A DNA stretch of 57,822 nt from positions 1-57,822 of IMG/VR virus record IMGVR_UViG_3300036885_000101. One strand, written 5' to 3'. The notes below the pieces were generated by a model that was not told the origin of the DNA, ran no database searches, and saw only the letters and a list, made by a program, of their open reading frames with translations. The translations under genes and the position numbers were made by a program. Of this stretch, positions 38,487-47,037 are shown in pieces (the first letter of the stretch is position 1; the number at the start of each line of letters is the position of its first letter). This DNA is from a virus (Duplodnaviria; Caudoviricetes).

Positions 38487-38753
38487 ATGATAAACGCAGA
38501 ACAAGGCATAGAGCGGTTTGAAGCACATTTTATTAATTGTGATGGAATAAACTCCATAAACGCGGATCTTATGAAAGAGGCAATTGACGCAATAAGAGCC
38601 GCGCTCCAAGAGAATAATAATACCGCTGTAGCTTTGCTCGATGAGATTGAAAACGCCCTCGGCGATTGCAAGGACAACTTAGACTTTTCTTGCCGAGTCA
38701 CGGAAATTTTACAACGGAGGCACGATGAAAAACAAAATCAAAAAATTGATTGA
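38487..38753 (+). CDS. Cassette 7 protein a
   Basis: AGGAG RBS. Confidence 0.6.
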   Translation: MINAEQGIERFEAHFINCDGINSINADLMKEAIDAIRAALQENNNTAVALLDEIENALGDCKDNLDFSCRVTEILQRRHDEKQNQKID

Positions 38754-39192
38754 ATCATTTTTAGACAACGAAATGGAAACAGACGAATTAGTTGATAACA
38801 TAGATGCAATTTGTCGCGCCTCCAACACAGAAATGAATATAAATAATTATTTGGCGGCACGTCGGTTGACAATAGAATCAAGCCTTGCCGCCGAAATACT
38901 CGCCGGAAATACGGTCAAGCAGCAATGCGAACAGACGGCGTTAGCAGAGATTTCGGCGATGGAACAAACATTTTTTAAGAGCGCCGCCAGCGAGCGGGAA
39001 ATTTCCCTTTCCGGGTGTGCATCGAGTGGTGCGTGCGGTTATACCGGATATCCAAGAATGTGCTATTCTACTAGTCCATGCGAGCATAAGATTGCGCTGA
39101 AAGCCGCAATCAACAATGGCATCAATCTTGACTCGCCACGTTTGCCAATCGGTAGCGGCGAAAATAAGAGTCTTTTGGGTACGCAGCATTAA
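38725..39192 (+). CDS. Cassette 7 protein b
   Basis: GGAGG RBS; runs into the attC-like arm. Confidence 0.6.
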   Translation: MKNKIKKLIESFLDNEMETDELVDNIDAICRASNTEMNINNYLAARRLTIESSLAAEILAGNTVKQQCEQTALAEISAMEQTFFKSAASEREISLSGCASSGACGYTGYPRMCYSTSPCEHKIALKAAINNGINLDSPRLPIGSGENKSLLGTQH

Positions 39193-39323
39193 GTCGGTTA
39201 CTGTCTATCAATGCGGTTGTAGGCTCGCAAATTATGCCTACGTTAGCGCATTTTTGGCTGCGGGAAATAAAACAAGATCGGGCGGCATAGGCCCGGCGTC
39301 ATGCCGGGCGAGGAGAATATAAA

Positions 39324-39629
39324 ATGAAACTTATTTGCACATTGTCTAAACCCGCATACGTTCAAAAAACAATGAAAGAATTATGCGAAAGAAAAGATAT
39401 TTCTTTGGTTCAAATTTTGGATAATTCTGAAGTAAAAGCGGAGTCACCGGGCACAGTTCCCGGAGTACCGGCAGCCAACACGGCCAGCCTAAAATTGCCG
39501 AGCACAGAAGATGTTTGGAATTATGTATATAATCATCATGAATTTTGCGAAGATTTTGCAAGAGAAAACGAAGCTCGTGATATATCAAAACTTGTTTACG
39601 AATTTATATATCGGCAACTTCAGGCGTAG
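39324..39629 (+). CDS. Cassette 8 hypothetical protein
   Basis: AGGAG RBS; shares ESPGTVPGVPAANTAS with cassette 3. Confidence 0.6.
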   Translation: MKLICTLSKPAYVQKTMKELCERKDISLVQILDNSEVKAESPGTVPGVPAANTASLKLPSTEDVWNYVYNHHEFCEDFARENEARDISKLVYEFIYRQLQA

Positions 39630-39689
39630 CCGGAACATTGCACGCAATAGGCCGCGAACCATATTGTAAACGCGCCAAGGAGAAAACAA

Positions 39690-39986
39690 ATGACAGTTTT
39701 TAAAGCCATAAAAAGCATTTGCTCTATGCGAATAAATGATGTGTCGGGCAATCGTTTACGGGTAAAGTATCGTTGGGTATGTGCAAAGAAAAAGTGTTCT
39801 TGTTTGTGTGCTGAATCAAATTGCGAAATAGTAAAAAGAATTGGCGCGTTAAAAAATGCGGAGTCGCTGCCTACAGTTCGCCCGAAGCGGGCCGCGCAAC
39901 AACGCAAGGAAGCAATATTACGCTTTTGTGGAAACTGTCAACGCAATGATGATAGGTCAAGCGAAAAGGTAAATTATCATAGATAA
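39690..39986 (+). CDS. Cassette 9 Cys-rich hypothetical protein
   Basis: AAGGAG RBS. Confidence 0.55.
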   Translation: MTVFKAIKSICSMRINDVSGNRLRVKYRWVCAKKKCSCLCAESNCEIVKRIGALKNAESLPTVRPKRAAQQRKEAILRFCGNCQRNDDRSSEKVNYHR

Positions 39987-40075
39987 CTTAATATTAGCGT
40001 GGCCGCATATGCGGTCGTATCACTCGCTGCTTAAGCGGGCGTTAGGCCGCAGCGGGGAACTAAATAGGAGGCGTG

Positions 40076-40456
40076 ATGAAACTTGATGTAAACAAAATAC
40101 TGGCGTTGCGGGCGATTTATAGTAGAGAAACAGGATGCCCAACATCGTGCCCTGACGGGAAGTTATTTACAATTCAATACACAACATGGCTCGAAGCTCG
40201 CGCCTCCAATACAGAACAGAATAATTCCGCTGTAGCTTTGCTTGCTGATGTTTATAGGCACATAGAAACGGGTGAGATTAAAATGGGTTGTTTGCGCGGT
40301 TTGAAACATGACATTGCAGTCTGGGCGCAATCCCCGCTGCCGCCTAACAATGGCATCAATCTTGACTCGCCACGTTTGCCAACAGTAAATCCGTCAAGTG
40401 AAATTGACGTGGGTGGAGTTGGTATTGGCCCTCGCGGTTGTGGCGACATAGACTAA
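40076..40456 (+). CDS. Cassette 10 hypothetical protein
   Basis: AGGAGG RBS; shares NNGINLDSPRLP with cassette 7b. Confidence 0.6.
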   Translation: MKLDVNKILALRAIYSRETGCPTSCPDGKLFTIQYTTWLEARASNTEQNNSAVALLADVYRHIETGEIKMGCLRGLKHDIAVWAQSPLPPNNGINLDSPRLPTVNPSSEIDVGGVGIGPRGCGDID

Positions 40457-40639
40457 TAATGCGGTTGCGCCTATGAACACAACGGAACTTTTATTTGAAT
40501 ACGGAATAGCTATCGTTTTTCTTATTGTCTGCATTTTTATAATACGAAGCGTAACCGTATTGTATGCGTTTCAGCGAATTAACTCAACGTTAATCACTTT
40601 TGCAATATGGATGATTATGTGTGTAAAAGAAAAAACTAA

Positions 40640-41047
40640 ATGTATAAAATAAAATACCGTGGCATATCTAAAGGCGGTAAGATCACGCTTGATCCAGGCC
40701 ACTTGGAAGCTTATAATGCAGCAGTGAGACGCTTAGAGGGTCAAAAGATAGAGGTAACGATATGCAAGCGCCAGAAGGCCAATACGCGCAGCGAGCAAAA
40801 GTATTTCTACGCTGTGATCGTGAAGATGATAGCCGATGAAATAGGTGAGAGCGAGACGCGAGCTTTTGAGATTATACAGGCGCAGTTTTTTGAATATGAG
40901 GATGCTAACGGACGGAAGTACATACGGTCAACGGCGCTTGGTGAATGGACAACGGTGGAGTGGGAAAGTCGGATGCAGGATATCCGGCAGTGGGCGCAGG
41001 ACTATTTAAACTTAACGATTCCAACGCCGAACGAAACAGACTATTGA
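40640..41047 (+). CDS. NinB/Orf-like protein
   Basis: RSEQKYFYAVIV..RSTAL..TVEW..I..WA..L.IPTPNE. Confidence 0.65.
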   Translation: MYKIKYRGISKGGKITLDPGHLEAYNAAVRRLEGQKIEVTICKRQKANTRSEQKYFYAVIVKMIADEIGESETRAFEIIQAQFFEYEDANGRKYIRSTALGEWTTVEWESRMQDIRQWAQDYLNLTIPTPNETDY

Positions 41048-41072
41048 CAGCGTGTTGAAATAGTGGTATATT
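41044..41072 (+). promoter_or_regulatory. Sigma70 promoter of the replication operon
   Basis: TTGACA-N17-TATATT. Confidence 0.8.
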
Positions 41073-41156
41073 ATTAAGCGGATCGTGGCACCTTGAGCAA
41101 GTGTCTAAAAGGATGTGTGCGGTGAAAACGAAAATACTCCCTGAAAAGGGATTACA

Positions 41157-41219
41157 AGAGCTGGTGTCGAATAAGGCATACCGCACAATGCCGCTCATCG
41201 ACACTGGCTCTTTTTATTT
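41157..41219 (+). terminator. Leader terminator/attenuator upstream of the replication initiator
   Basis: AGAGCTGGTGTCGA pairs with TCGACACTGGCTCT (two G-U pairs), followed by a T-run. Confidence 0.6.
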
Positions 41220-41232
41220 GTAGGAGGGGTAT

Positions 41233-41949
41233 ATGGATAGAAAATTTGAAGGTGTTTATTTTTCTTTTGAACTTTGGTTAGATAAGAGTATTCCAGCATT
41301 AGAAAAAATGGTTTTTGTCGAAATACGATCTCTTGATAATAATAAAGGTTGTTTTGCAGGTAACGATCATTTTGCAGAAATGTTTGGTGTTACCGAGAGA
41401 CAAGTACAGCGATATATTGCCTCTTTAAAAAACCGTGGGTATATTACTCAAGAATCTTTTGATGGAAGAAAAAGGGTATTGAGAGTATCTGAGGGAATGA
41501 GGGGTGACAAAAATGTCATATCTGATACGACATCTATGTCATTACAGACTAGAAGTAATTGTCGTGACATCTCTTCTATTATAGAGAAAGAACATAAAGA
41601 AAAGAATAAGGACAATTCTAAATACATTCCTTTAAGTGAATATCTAAAGGAGCGATTAATAAAAGAATCACCGGATGCTATCATAAAAGAGAGTCAAGTA
41701 AAAGATTGGTGTAACGATTTTAGATTAATGGTTGAGCAGGACAAGCGAACAGACCAACAGATAAGAGAAAAAATTGACGCGGTTTTTTCCGATTCTTTTT
41801 GGTGTCGGACTATTCAGTCAGCGTCGAAATTACGCTTGCGATGGAACGAGGGAAAATTGTCTCACTTAAATGTTGTGCAAATCGGTCACGACGATCCACC
41901 GGAAGAATTTGTTGATTCACCTAACGCCTACGACATGCCGCAACGATGA
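41233..41949 (+). CDS. Replication initiator (N-terminal winged HTH)
   Basis: GCFAGNDHFAEMFGVTERQVQRYIASLKNRGYI; C-terminal FW..IQSASKLR; precedes DnaB. Confidence 0.85.
   Translation: MDRKFEGVYFSFELWLDKSIPALEKMVFVEIRSLDNNKGCFAGNDHFAEMFGVTERQVQRYIASLKNRGYITQESFDGRKRVLRVSEGMRGDKNVISDTTSMSLQTRSNCRDISSIIEKEHKEKNKDNSKYIPLSEYLKERLIKESPDAIIKESQVKDWCNDFRLMVEQDKRTDQQIREKIDAVFSDSFWCRTIQSASKLRLRWNEGKLSHLNVVQIGHDDPPEEFVDSPNAYDMPQR
41506..41615. other. Putative replication origin: three 23-bp-spaced iterons plus an A-rich tract
   Basis: GACAAAAATGTC (41506), GACATCTATGTC (41529), GAAGTAATTGTC (41552) inside the initiator gene. Confidence 0.55.
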
Positions 41950-43334
41950 ACGAACATTATGATAAGATTCCACCGCAGGCTCTAGACGTGGAGCGCACAG
42001 TCCTTGGGTCAATGATGATCGACCGAGAGGCGGCGAACACGGCAATTGACATGCTTAGTGAAGGGTGTTTCTACGCAACACAGAACCAACGTGTATTCGT
42101 TGCTATGCGAAACCTTTATAATAAAAGCACGCCGATTGACCTGATAACGGTATGCCATGAGTTAAAAGATAAAAAGTGGTTGGAATCAGTAGGAGCAGAA
42201 CCGTACCTTTCTGAACTAAACAACAGTGTGGCTACAGCGGCGAATATCAAACATCATTGTCAAATATTGGACAATAAAAGGATACTCCGGGAGTTGATTT
42301 CAAACGCCGCCACAATAACCACAGACGCGGTTGAGGCTGAAGATCCAATAGCATGTCTTGAGCGGTCACAAAATAAAATCTATTCTATTGGTAATGTCTA
42401 CGAGGCAAAAAACACGCATATTCATGGCGCTTTGGTCAAATTCACAGAGGATATGTCGAGCAGAAAGTATGGTGAGCTGTCTGGACTTTCAACAGGGTTT
42501 GCGGACATCGACGACCTTACCGGGGGATTTCAGCGGAAAGACCTGATACTTATTGCTGGCAGACCTAGCAGTGGAAAGACAGCGTTAGAGTGCGCTATTA
42601 TTTTACGCATGGCGCGTGCAGGGATACCTGTAGGGGCCTTTTCAATGGAGATGGACGAGCGGTCTATTGCGTCACGCCTTGTGTGCCTGGACGCACGGAT
42701 AAACAGCGTGCATATCCGTAAGGCGATTTTGACCACAGAAGAAAAGGCTAAAATCAGTCTTGCTGTGAACAGCATTCATACCTTGCCGATTCACATAGAC
42801 GATTCGTTTCACCTGAATGTGTCGAAGGCCCGGAGCCGGTTGCGCAGGATGATATCAAATTACGGCATTCAAGCGTGTTTCTTTGACCACTGGCACCTGA
42901 TGGAGCCTGACCACGACATGAAGTACATGAAAGGTGCGGAGCTGATAAACGAGCGTGCGCGGCGTTTAAAGGGCCTTGCGAAGGACTTGAATATACCCAT
43001 CATTGCTCTTGCACAACTATCGCGGGAATCAGACAGGCGTGTTGTGAAGAGTCATAGACCTATTCTGAGCGATTTGAGAGAGGGTGGCGAGCAGGACGCG
43101 GATTTAGTCATGTTCACGCACCGAGAAAGCGAGTACCCGCCGATATTTAAAGGGAAAACGGCCGAGGCGATGGCTGAAGCACGCCAGAAGTGGGAAGCGG
43201 AGTATCTTGGCAAGGCAGAGATCATTGTAGCTAAACAGCGCAACGGGCCTCAAGGTAAGATAGTTTTAGGGTTTGAAAAGCAGTATGCAAGGTATTTTGA
43301 TGACAATGACACCAAGGCGACTGATGAATGGTGA
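41946..43334 (+). CDS. dnaB: Replicative DNA helicase
   Basis: IPPQALDVE, AGRPSSGKT Walker A, FSMEM, LAQLSR, SDLRE, KQRNGP. Confidence 0.96.
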   Translation: MNEHYDKIPPQALDVERTVLGSMMIDREAANTAIDMLSEGCFYATQNQRVFVAMRNLYNKSTPIDLITVCHELKDKKWLESVGAEPYLSELNNSVATAANIKHHCQILDNKRILRELISNAATITTDAVEAEDPIACLERSQNKIYSIGNVYEAKNTHIHGALVKFTEDMSSRKYGELSGLSTGFADIDDLTGGFQRKDLILIAGRPSSGKTALECAIILRMARAGIPVGAFSMEMDERSIASRLVCLDARINSVHIRKAILTTEEKAKISLAVNSIHTLPIHIDDSFHLNVSKARSRLRRMISNYGIQACFFDHWHLMEPDHDMKYMKGAELINERARRLKGLAKDLNIPIIALAQLSRESDRRVVKSHRPILSDLREGGEQDADLVMFTHRESEYPPIFKGKTAEAMAEARQKWEAEYLGKAEIIVAKQRNGPQGKIVLGFEKQYARYFDDNDTKATDEW

Positions 43335-43540
43335 TGTTGCGCCAAGTATCAAGACCGTGCACTTGTGGAAGCTACTACCGCGTTGATGATAAGTGTAATA
43401 AATGCGGCAAGGTTGATTCGGTTAAAGAAGAACACGAAGTTTTCACTGGACTTGTCACGGCGGCAGGCCCACAGTGGAGCAAGAAGAAACACAGATACCT
43501 TACGACGAAAGAAATTGCGGCAGGAGAAAGGGGTGGTTGA
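43328..43540 (+). CDS. Small zinc-ribbon protein
   Basis: CTCG..CNKCG. Confidence 0.5.
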   Translation: MVMLRQVSRPCTCGSYYRVDDKCNKCGKVDSVKEEHEVFTGLVTAAGPQWSKKKHRYLTTKEIAAGERGG

Positions 43541-43740
43541 TGGTTTTTAATCGCTTGACAAAGTACCGACACAAGGCAACGAAATGTATTTCTATTTTCA
43601 TAAAAGACAGTCAGGCGACACCTGAAGTGTTTGCGCAGTATGAGGAAATAAAAGAAGTGGTGACTGAGCCGATAGAGAAAGATACGAGCTACAACGTGAA
43701 GCGGATGATCGAGAAAAATACCGGGGTGCAAAGTGAGTGA
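43540..43740 (+). CDS. Hypothetical protein
   Basis: TGATG coupling. Confidence 0.45.
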   Translation: MVFNRLTKYRHKATKCISIFIKDSQATPEVFAQYEEIKEVVTEPIEKDTSYNVKRMIEKNTGVQSE

Positions 43741-44176
43741 TTTAATGTTCATGAAGAAGAAGTGGAAGAAGGTTCACGGTAAAAAAGGATTGATCCATAC
43801 TCTTGACCGTGTTTTCAGTGAGTATATCAGACGGCGAGACGCAAACAGTTTTGGATTGTGCCGATGTATCACTTGTGGAAGGTACGGAAATTGGCAGTAT
43901 GAGATGGACGCAGGACATTTTATTTCACGAAACAAGCCGAGTATCAGGTTCAACCCGCTCAATGCCGCAGCGCAGTGTCCTAACTGCAATCGTTTCTCTT
44001 CTGGCAAGCAATACGAATTTGGATTAGCGATAGATCGAAAGTACGGAAAAGGAACAGCGGAACAGCTATTGATTTTAAGCAAAATGAAAAGTAAATACAC
44101 TGACGAGCTATTGCAGTTAAAGATAGACGAGTTTAGGCAGAAAATAAAAGAATTAAAAAATAAACAAAGTTGTTGA
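43733..44176 (+). CDS. ninG: NinG/Rap-family endonuclease
   Basis: FSEYIRRRD..CITCG..DAGHFISR..RFNPLN..QCPNCN. Confidence 0.9.
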   Translation: MSDLMFMKKKWKKVHGKKGLIHTLDRVFSEYIRRRDANSFGLCRCITCGRYGNWQYEMDAGHFISRNKPSIRFNPLNAAAQCPNCNRFSSGKQYEFGLAIDRKYGKGTAEQLLILSKMKSKYTDELLQLKIDEFRQKIKELKNKQSC

Positions 44177-44201
44177 CAATGCTGTTTAATCATTGTATAT
44201 T
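44173..44201 (+). promoter_or_regulatory. Sigma70 promoter P2, near-copy of P1
   Basis: TTGACA-N17-TATATT inside a ~50-bp block shared with 33245-33293. Confidence 0.85.
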
Positions 44202-44247
44202 AGAATAGTGCGGGAAAGAACTATTCACAATTAAGCGGGAGGTTTTT

Positions 44248-44460
44248 ATGAGCGAGCCACAACACATTCATCCTATCATTCAAGGTGTTTTAGAGGCAAC
44301 GCGGCAGATGTACGGCGTATCAGTGAGCACCGCAGTAATAGCTGAGAGTGATTCGAGCGAATTTGAGGCAACTGCGGATATCGGCCAATGCCCAGAATGC
44401 GGTTGCTTAGTGATAAATGGCGTGTGTCAGGGAATGATCTGTAAGGAACGGCTCCTATAA
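44248..44460 (+). CDS. Small zinc-ribbon protein
   Basis: GGAGG RBS; CPECG..C..C. Confidence 0.6.
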   Translation: MSEPQHIHPIIQGVLEATRQMYGVSVSTAVIAESDSSEFEATADIGQCPECGCLVINGVCQGMICKERLL

Positions 44461-44478
44461 TCCGAAAGAGGAAAAAAA

Positions 44479-45016
44479 ATGTGTAATTTTTGGACCGCAA
44501 TAGTAACAAAAGACGGAGATGTGTTTTTTTGATGAGATGGAAGACTCTCACGAAAAAATCATCAGGGATCACAAATTAATTGATGACAACAATGATAAAA
44601 ATAAGCGCCAGTTTGTTCGTATTGAGATAACTCCTCCTGCCGGTGATGTTTTTACTAATGTAGACGGATGGAATTTTAAGGTTGATGAGGGTGAAACTCC
44701 GGTTTGGTGGAGAGTCGGACTCGAAAAGTCTGCAAGGTCAGTCTGTAAAAACTACATTGCAAAAGTGGTTTTTGAGAACAAAGACGGAATCGAATTGAAG
44801 TCGGGCCGAGGCTGGTTTAAAAAGTGTGTAAATATTGTACTGAGGGGATCAAGCCACGCGGAACTGTGGGGATCAAGCCACGCGGTACTGAGGGAATCAA
44901 GCCACGCGGACAAAATAGAAAACGATGGAATCGCAATTGATAAAACCGGCGATGTACCTAAGATTATTGTAGCGAACAAGAAAATCAAGACAGAGATTTT
45001 TAAAGCAAAAGTATGA
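44479..45016 (+). pseudogene. Hypothetical protein with 8-aa repeats, interrupted by a 1-nt frameshift in a T7 tract
   Basis: GAGG RBS and ATG 44479 give MCNFWTAIVTKDGDVFF then TGA; removing one T at 44524-44530 joins it to ORF 44519-45016. Confidence 0.55.
44837..44908 (+). repeat. 3 x 24-bp tandem repeat (xLxxSSHA)
   Basis: gtactgaggggatcaagccacgcg / gaactgtggggatcaagccacgcg / gtactgagggaatcaagccacgcg. Confidence 0.9.
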
Positions 45017-47037
45017 AAATAACGACAAGAATATCAGATGATAGTTGGACGCTTGCGGTTGGATCATGGTTGAAACCGGGTTCCCGCATGTATGTCGCTA
45101 TTTCTGATTTCAGCGAAAAAGATATGGTTAAGCAGGCGGGCTTTCGGTGGAACCCTGAAAAGAAGGTCTGGTGGACTAATGACGCCAGCAAAGCTTCTAA
45201 ACTCAGCGAGTGGGCTGACATTTCTTGTCAGGCAGAACTGGACGCGATCCGCAAGGAAAATTTTAAGGCGGTGGTTGAGAGTAAAGCTGTTACTACGAAT
45301 ATGGTAATACCTCATCCTGAAGGACTGAATTATTATGATTTTCAAAAAGCTGGAATTTTCTACGCGATGCAACGGAAAAACACGTTAATAGCAGACGCCA
45401 TGGGATTAGGCAAGACCGTAGAGGCTATCGGGGTTAGCAATTGCGATGATAACATTAAAAAAGTTTTAGTAATTTGTCCGGCCACGTTAAAGCAAAATTG
45501 GTATCGAGAGTGGAAACGTTGGGACATGAAGAAAATGAATGTAGGCATAGGAGATTCTAAAATATGTCCTATGCCGAACGATGGCTTTAACGTCTGTATA
45601 ATAAATTTCGATGTTTTGACCAAGCACAAAAAAATAAAGGCCGAAAATTGGGATTTACTGATAGTTGATGAATGTCAAAAATGTAAAAATGCGAAAACGA
45701 TTCGAGGAAAGTTTATTTACGGTGCACCTTACGACCAGAAAACAGGAACAGCAGCGATTGACCCGATAAAAGCAAAACGAATTTTATTTCTTACCGGAAC
45801 ACCGATAGTGAATAGACCGAGCGAACTTTGGCCTATAATTTCTTTTCTTGATCCTGACACCTGGAAGAATAAGTGGCGATATTTTATGAGCAGGTACTGC
45901 AATTTAAATCAAACGCGGTGGGGATGTGATATCAAAGGAGCGAACCCGGACAGATTACCGGAATTGCAGGAAGTGCTTCGCCAAAAGATTATGGTGAGGC
46001 GCCTAAAAGAAGAAGTTTTGCTTGATTTGCCGACAATGACCAGACAGATAATTGAGGTTGAACCAACACCGGAGATGGAACAGTATATTATTGCAGAGAA
46101 CGAGGCTATGGATAGCAAGGAAGACACCTACAACGACCTTAAGGCCAAGGTCGAACTTGCCAAAGCAGGAAGCGAGGATTCTTATAGGAACGCCGTCAAA
46201 GAGCTTCAGAAGGCCATGAGCGTATCTTTTGAGGAAATGGCGAGACTTCGGCATGAAACGGCATTGGCAAAAGTACCAGCAGTGATTGCGGACGCTCAGG
46301 AAGCGCTTGAAGCTATAGATAAGGTTGTAATTTTTGCGCACCACAAAGATTGCATTGCCAAGATTGCAGCGGCGTTCCCAGGTCAAGCAGTGGTTTTGAC
46401 CGGTGACACAACGATGGCGAACCGGCAGGCCGCGATAGACGCTTTTCAGATTGATCCTGTTATTAAAGTTTTTGTTGGATCAATCACAGCGGCGGGGGTA
46501 GGAATAACCCTGACAGCAGCGTCTACAGTGATCTTTGCTGAATTGTCATGGGTTCCAGGAGATATCAGTCAAGCAGAATCACGCCTTCACCGGATCGGCC
46601 AGAAAGACGCGGTGAATGTTCGACACATCGTATTAAACGGTAGTCTTGACTCCAAACTTGCCAAAACCCTTGTAGAGAAGCAGGAGATTATCGAGCTTGC
46701 ACTGGACAAGGAAATTGAGCAGATCCCGATAACACCGGGACCGCAGGCAGCGACAACGCGAACCAGCCGGCAGAAGATCGAGCAGGAAGCCATGACGATA
46801 GGAGCAGAGCAGATCGAGGCGATACACGAAGGGCTGAGGACGCTTTCCGCGATGTGTGACGGGGCACGGTCCCTGGACGGCAGCGGATTCAGTATGATAG
46901 ATACACACATCGGGAAGTCTCTTGCGGCAGCGTACAGTCTAAGCGCGAAACAGGCTGCACTTGGCCGGAAGATACTTATTAAATATAAACGTCAACTCGG
47001 TGAAGAACTGTATATAAAGATCAAAGAGGCAGCATGA
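45013..47037 (+). CDS. SNF2-family helicase/ATPase (HARP-like)
   Basis: ADAMGLGKT, VICPA, IVDE, LTGTPIVN, AAGVGITLT, QAESRLHRIGQ. Confidence 0.93.
   Translation: MKITTRISDDSWTLAVGSWLKPGSRMYVAISDFSEKDMVKQAGFRWNPEKKVWWTNDASKASKLSEWADISCQAELDAIRKENFKAVVESKAVTTNMVIPHPEGLNYYDFQKAGIFYAMQRKNTLIADAMGLGKTVEAIGVSNCDDNIKKVLVICPATLKQNWYREWKRWDMKKMNVGIGDSKICPMPNDGFNVCIINFDVLTKHKKIKAENWDLLIVDECQKCKNAKTIRGKFIYGAPYDQKTGTAAIDPIKAKRILFLTGTPIVNRPSELWPIISFLDPDTWKNKWRYFMSRYCNLNQTRWGCDIKGANPDRLPELQEVLRQKIMVRRLKEEVLLDLPTMTRQIIEVEPTPEMEQYIIAENEAMDSKEDTYNDLKAKVELAKAGSEDSYRNAVKELQKAMSVSFEEMARLRHETALAKVPAVIADAQEALEAIDKVVIFAHHKDCIAKIAAAFPGQAVVLTGDTTMANRQAAIDAFQIDPVIKVFVGSITAAGVGITLTAASTVIFAELSWVPGDISQAESRLHRIGQKDAVNVRHIVLNGSLDSKLAKTLVEKQEIIELALDKEIEQIPITPGPQAATTRTSRQKIEQEAMTIGAEQIEAIHEGLRTLSAMCDGARSLDGSGFSMIDTHIGKSLAAAYSLSAKQAALGRKILIKYKRQLGEELYIKIKEAA

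Larger units (their letters stand above)
36107..40467 (+). mobile_element. Integron-like array of ~10 gene cassettes with attC-like sites, no integrase (CALIN-like)
   Basis: Core sites at 36107, 36507, 36843, 37296, 37591 (GAT), 37879, 38452, 39242, 39637 (ATT), 40041; most are matched by a complementary ...AAC inverse core plus bulged L arms. Confidence 0.8.

Noticed and set aside
36107-40467. CRISPR array
   Set aside because: Repeats are imperfect, hundreds of bp apart and separated by RBS-led ORFs; there is no cas operon
40574-40595. GCGAATTAACTCAACGTTAATC as the missing right arm of cassette 10
   Set aside because: It resembles family B spacing but does not pair with the GGCATCAAT left arm
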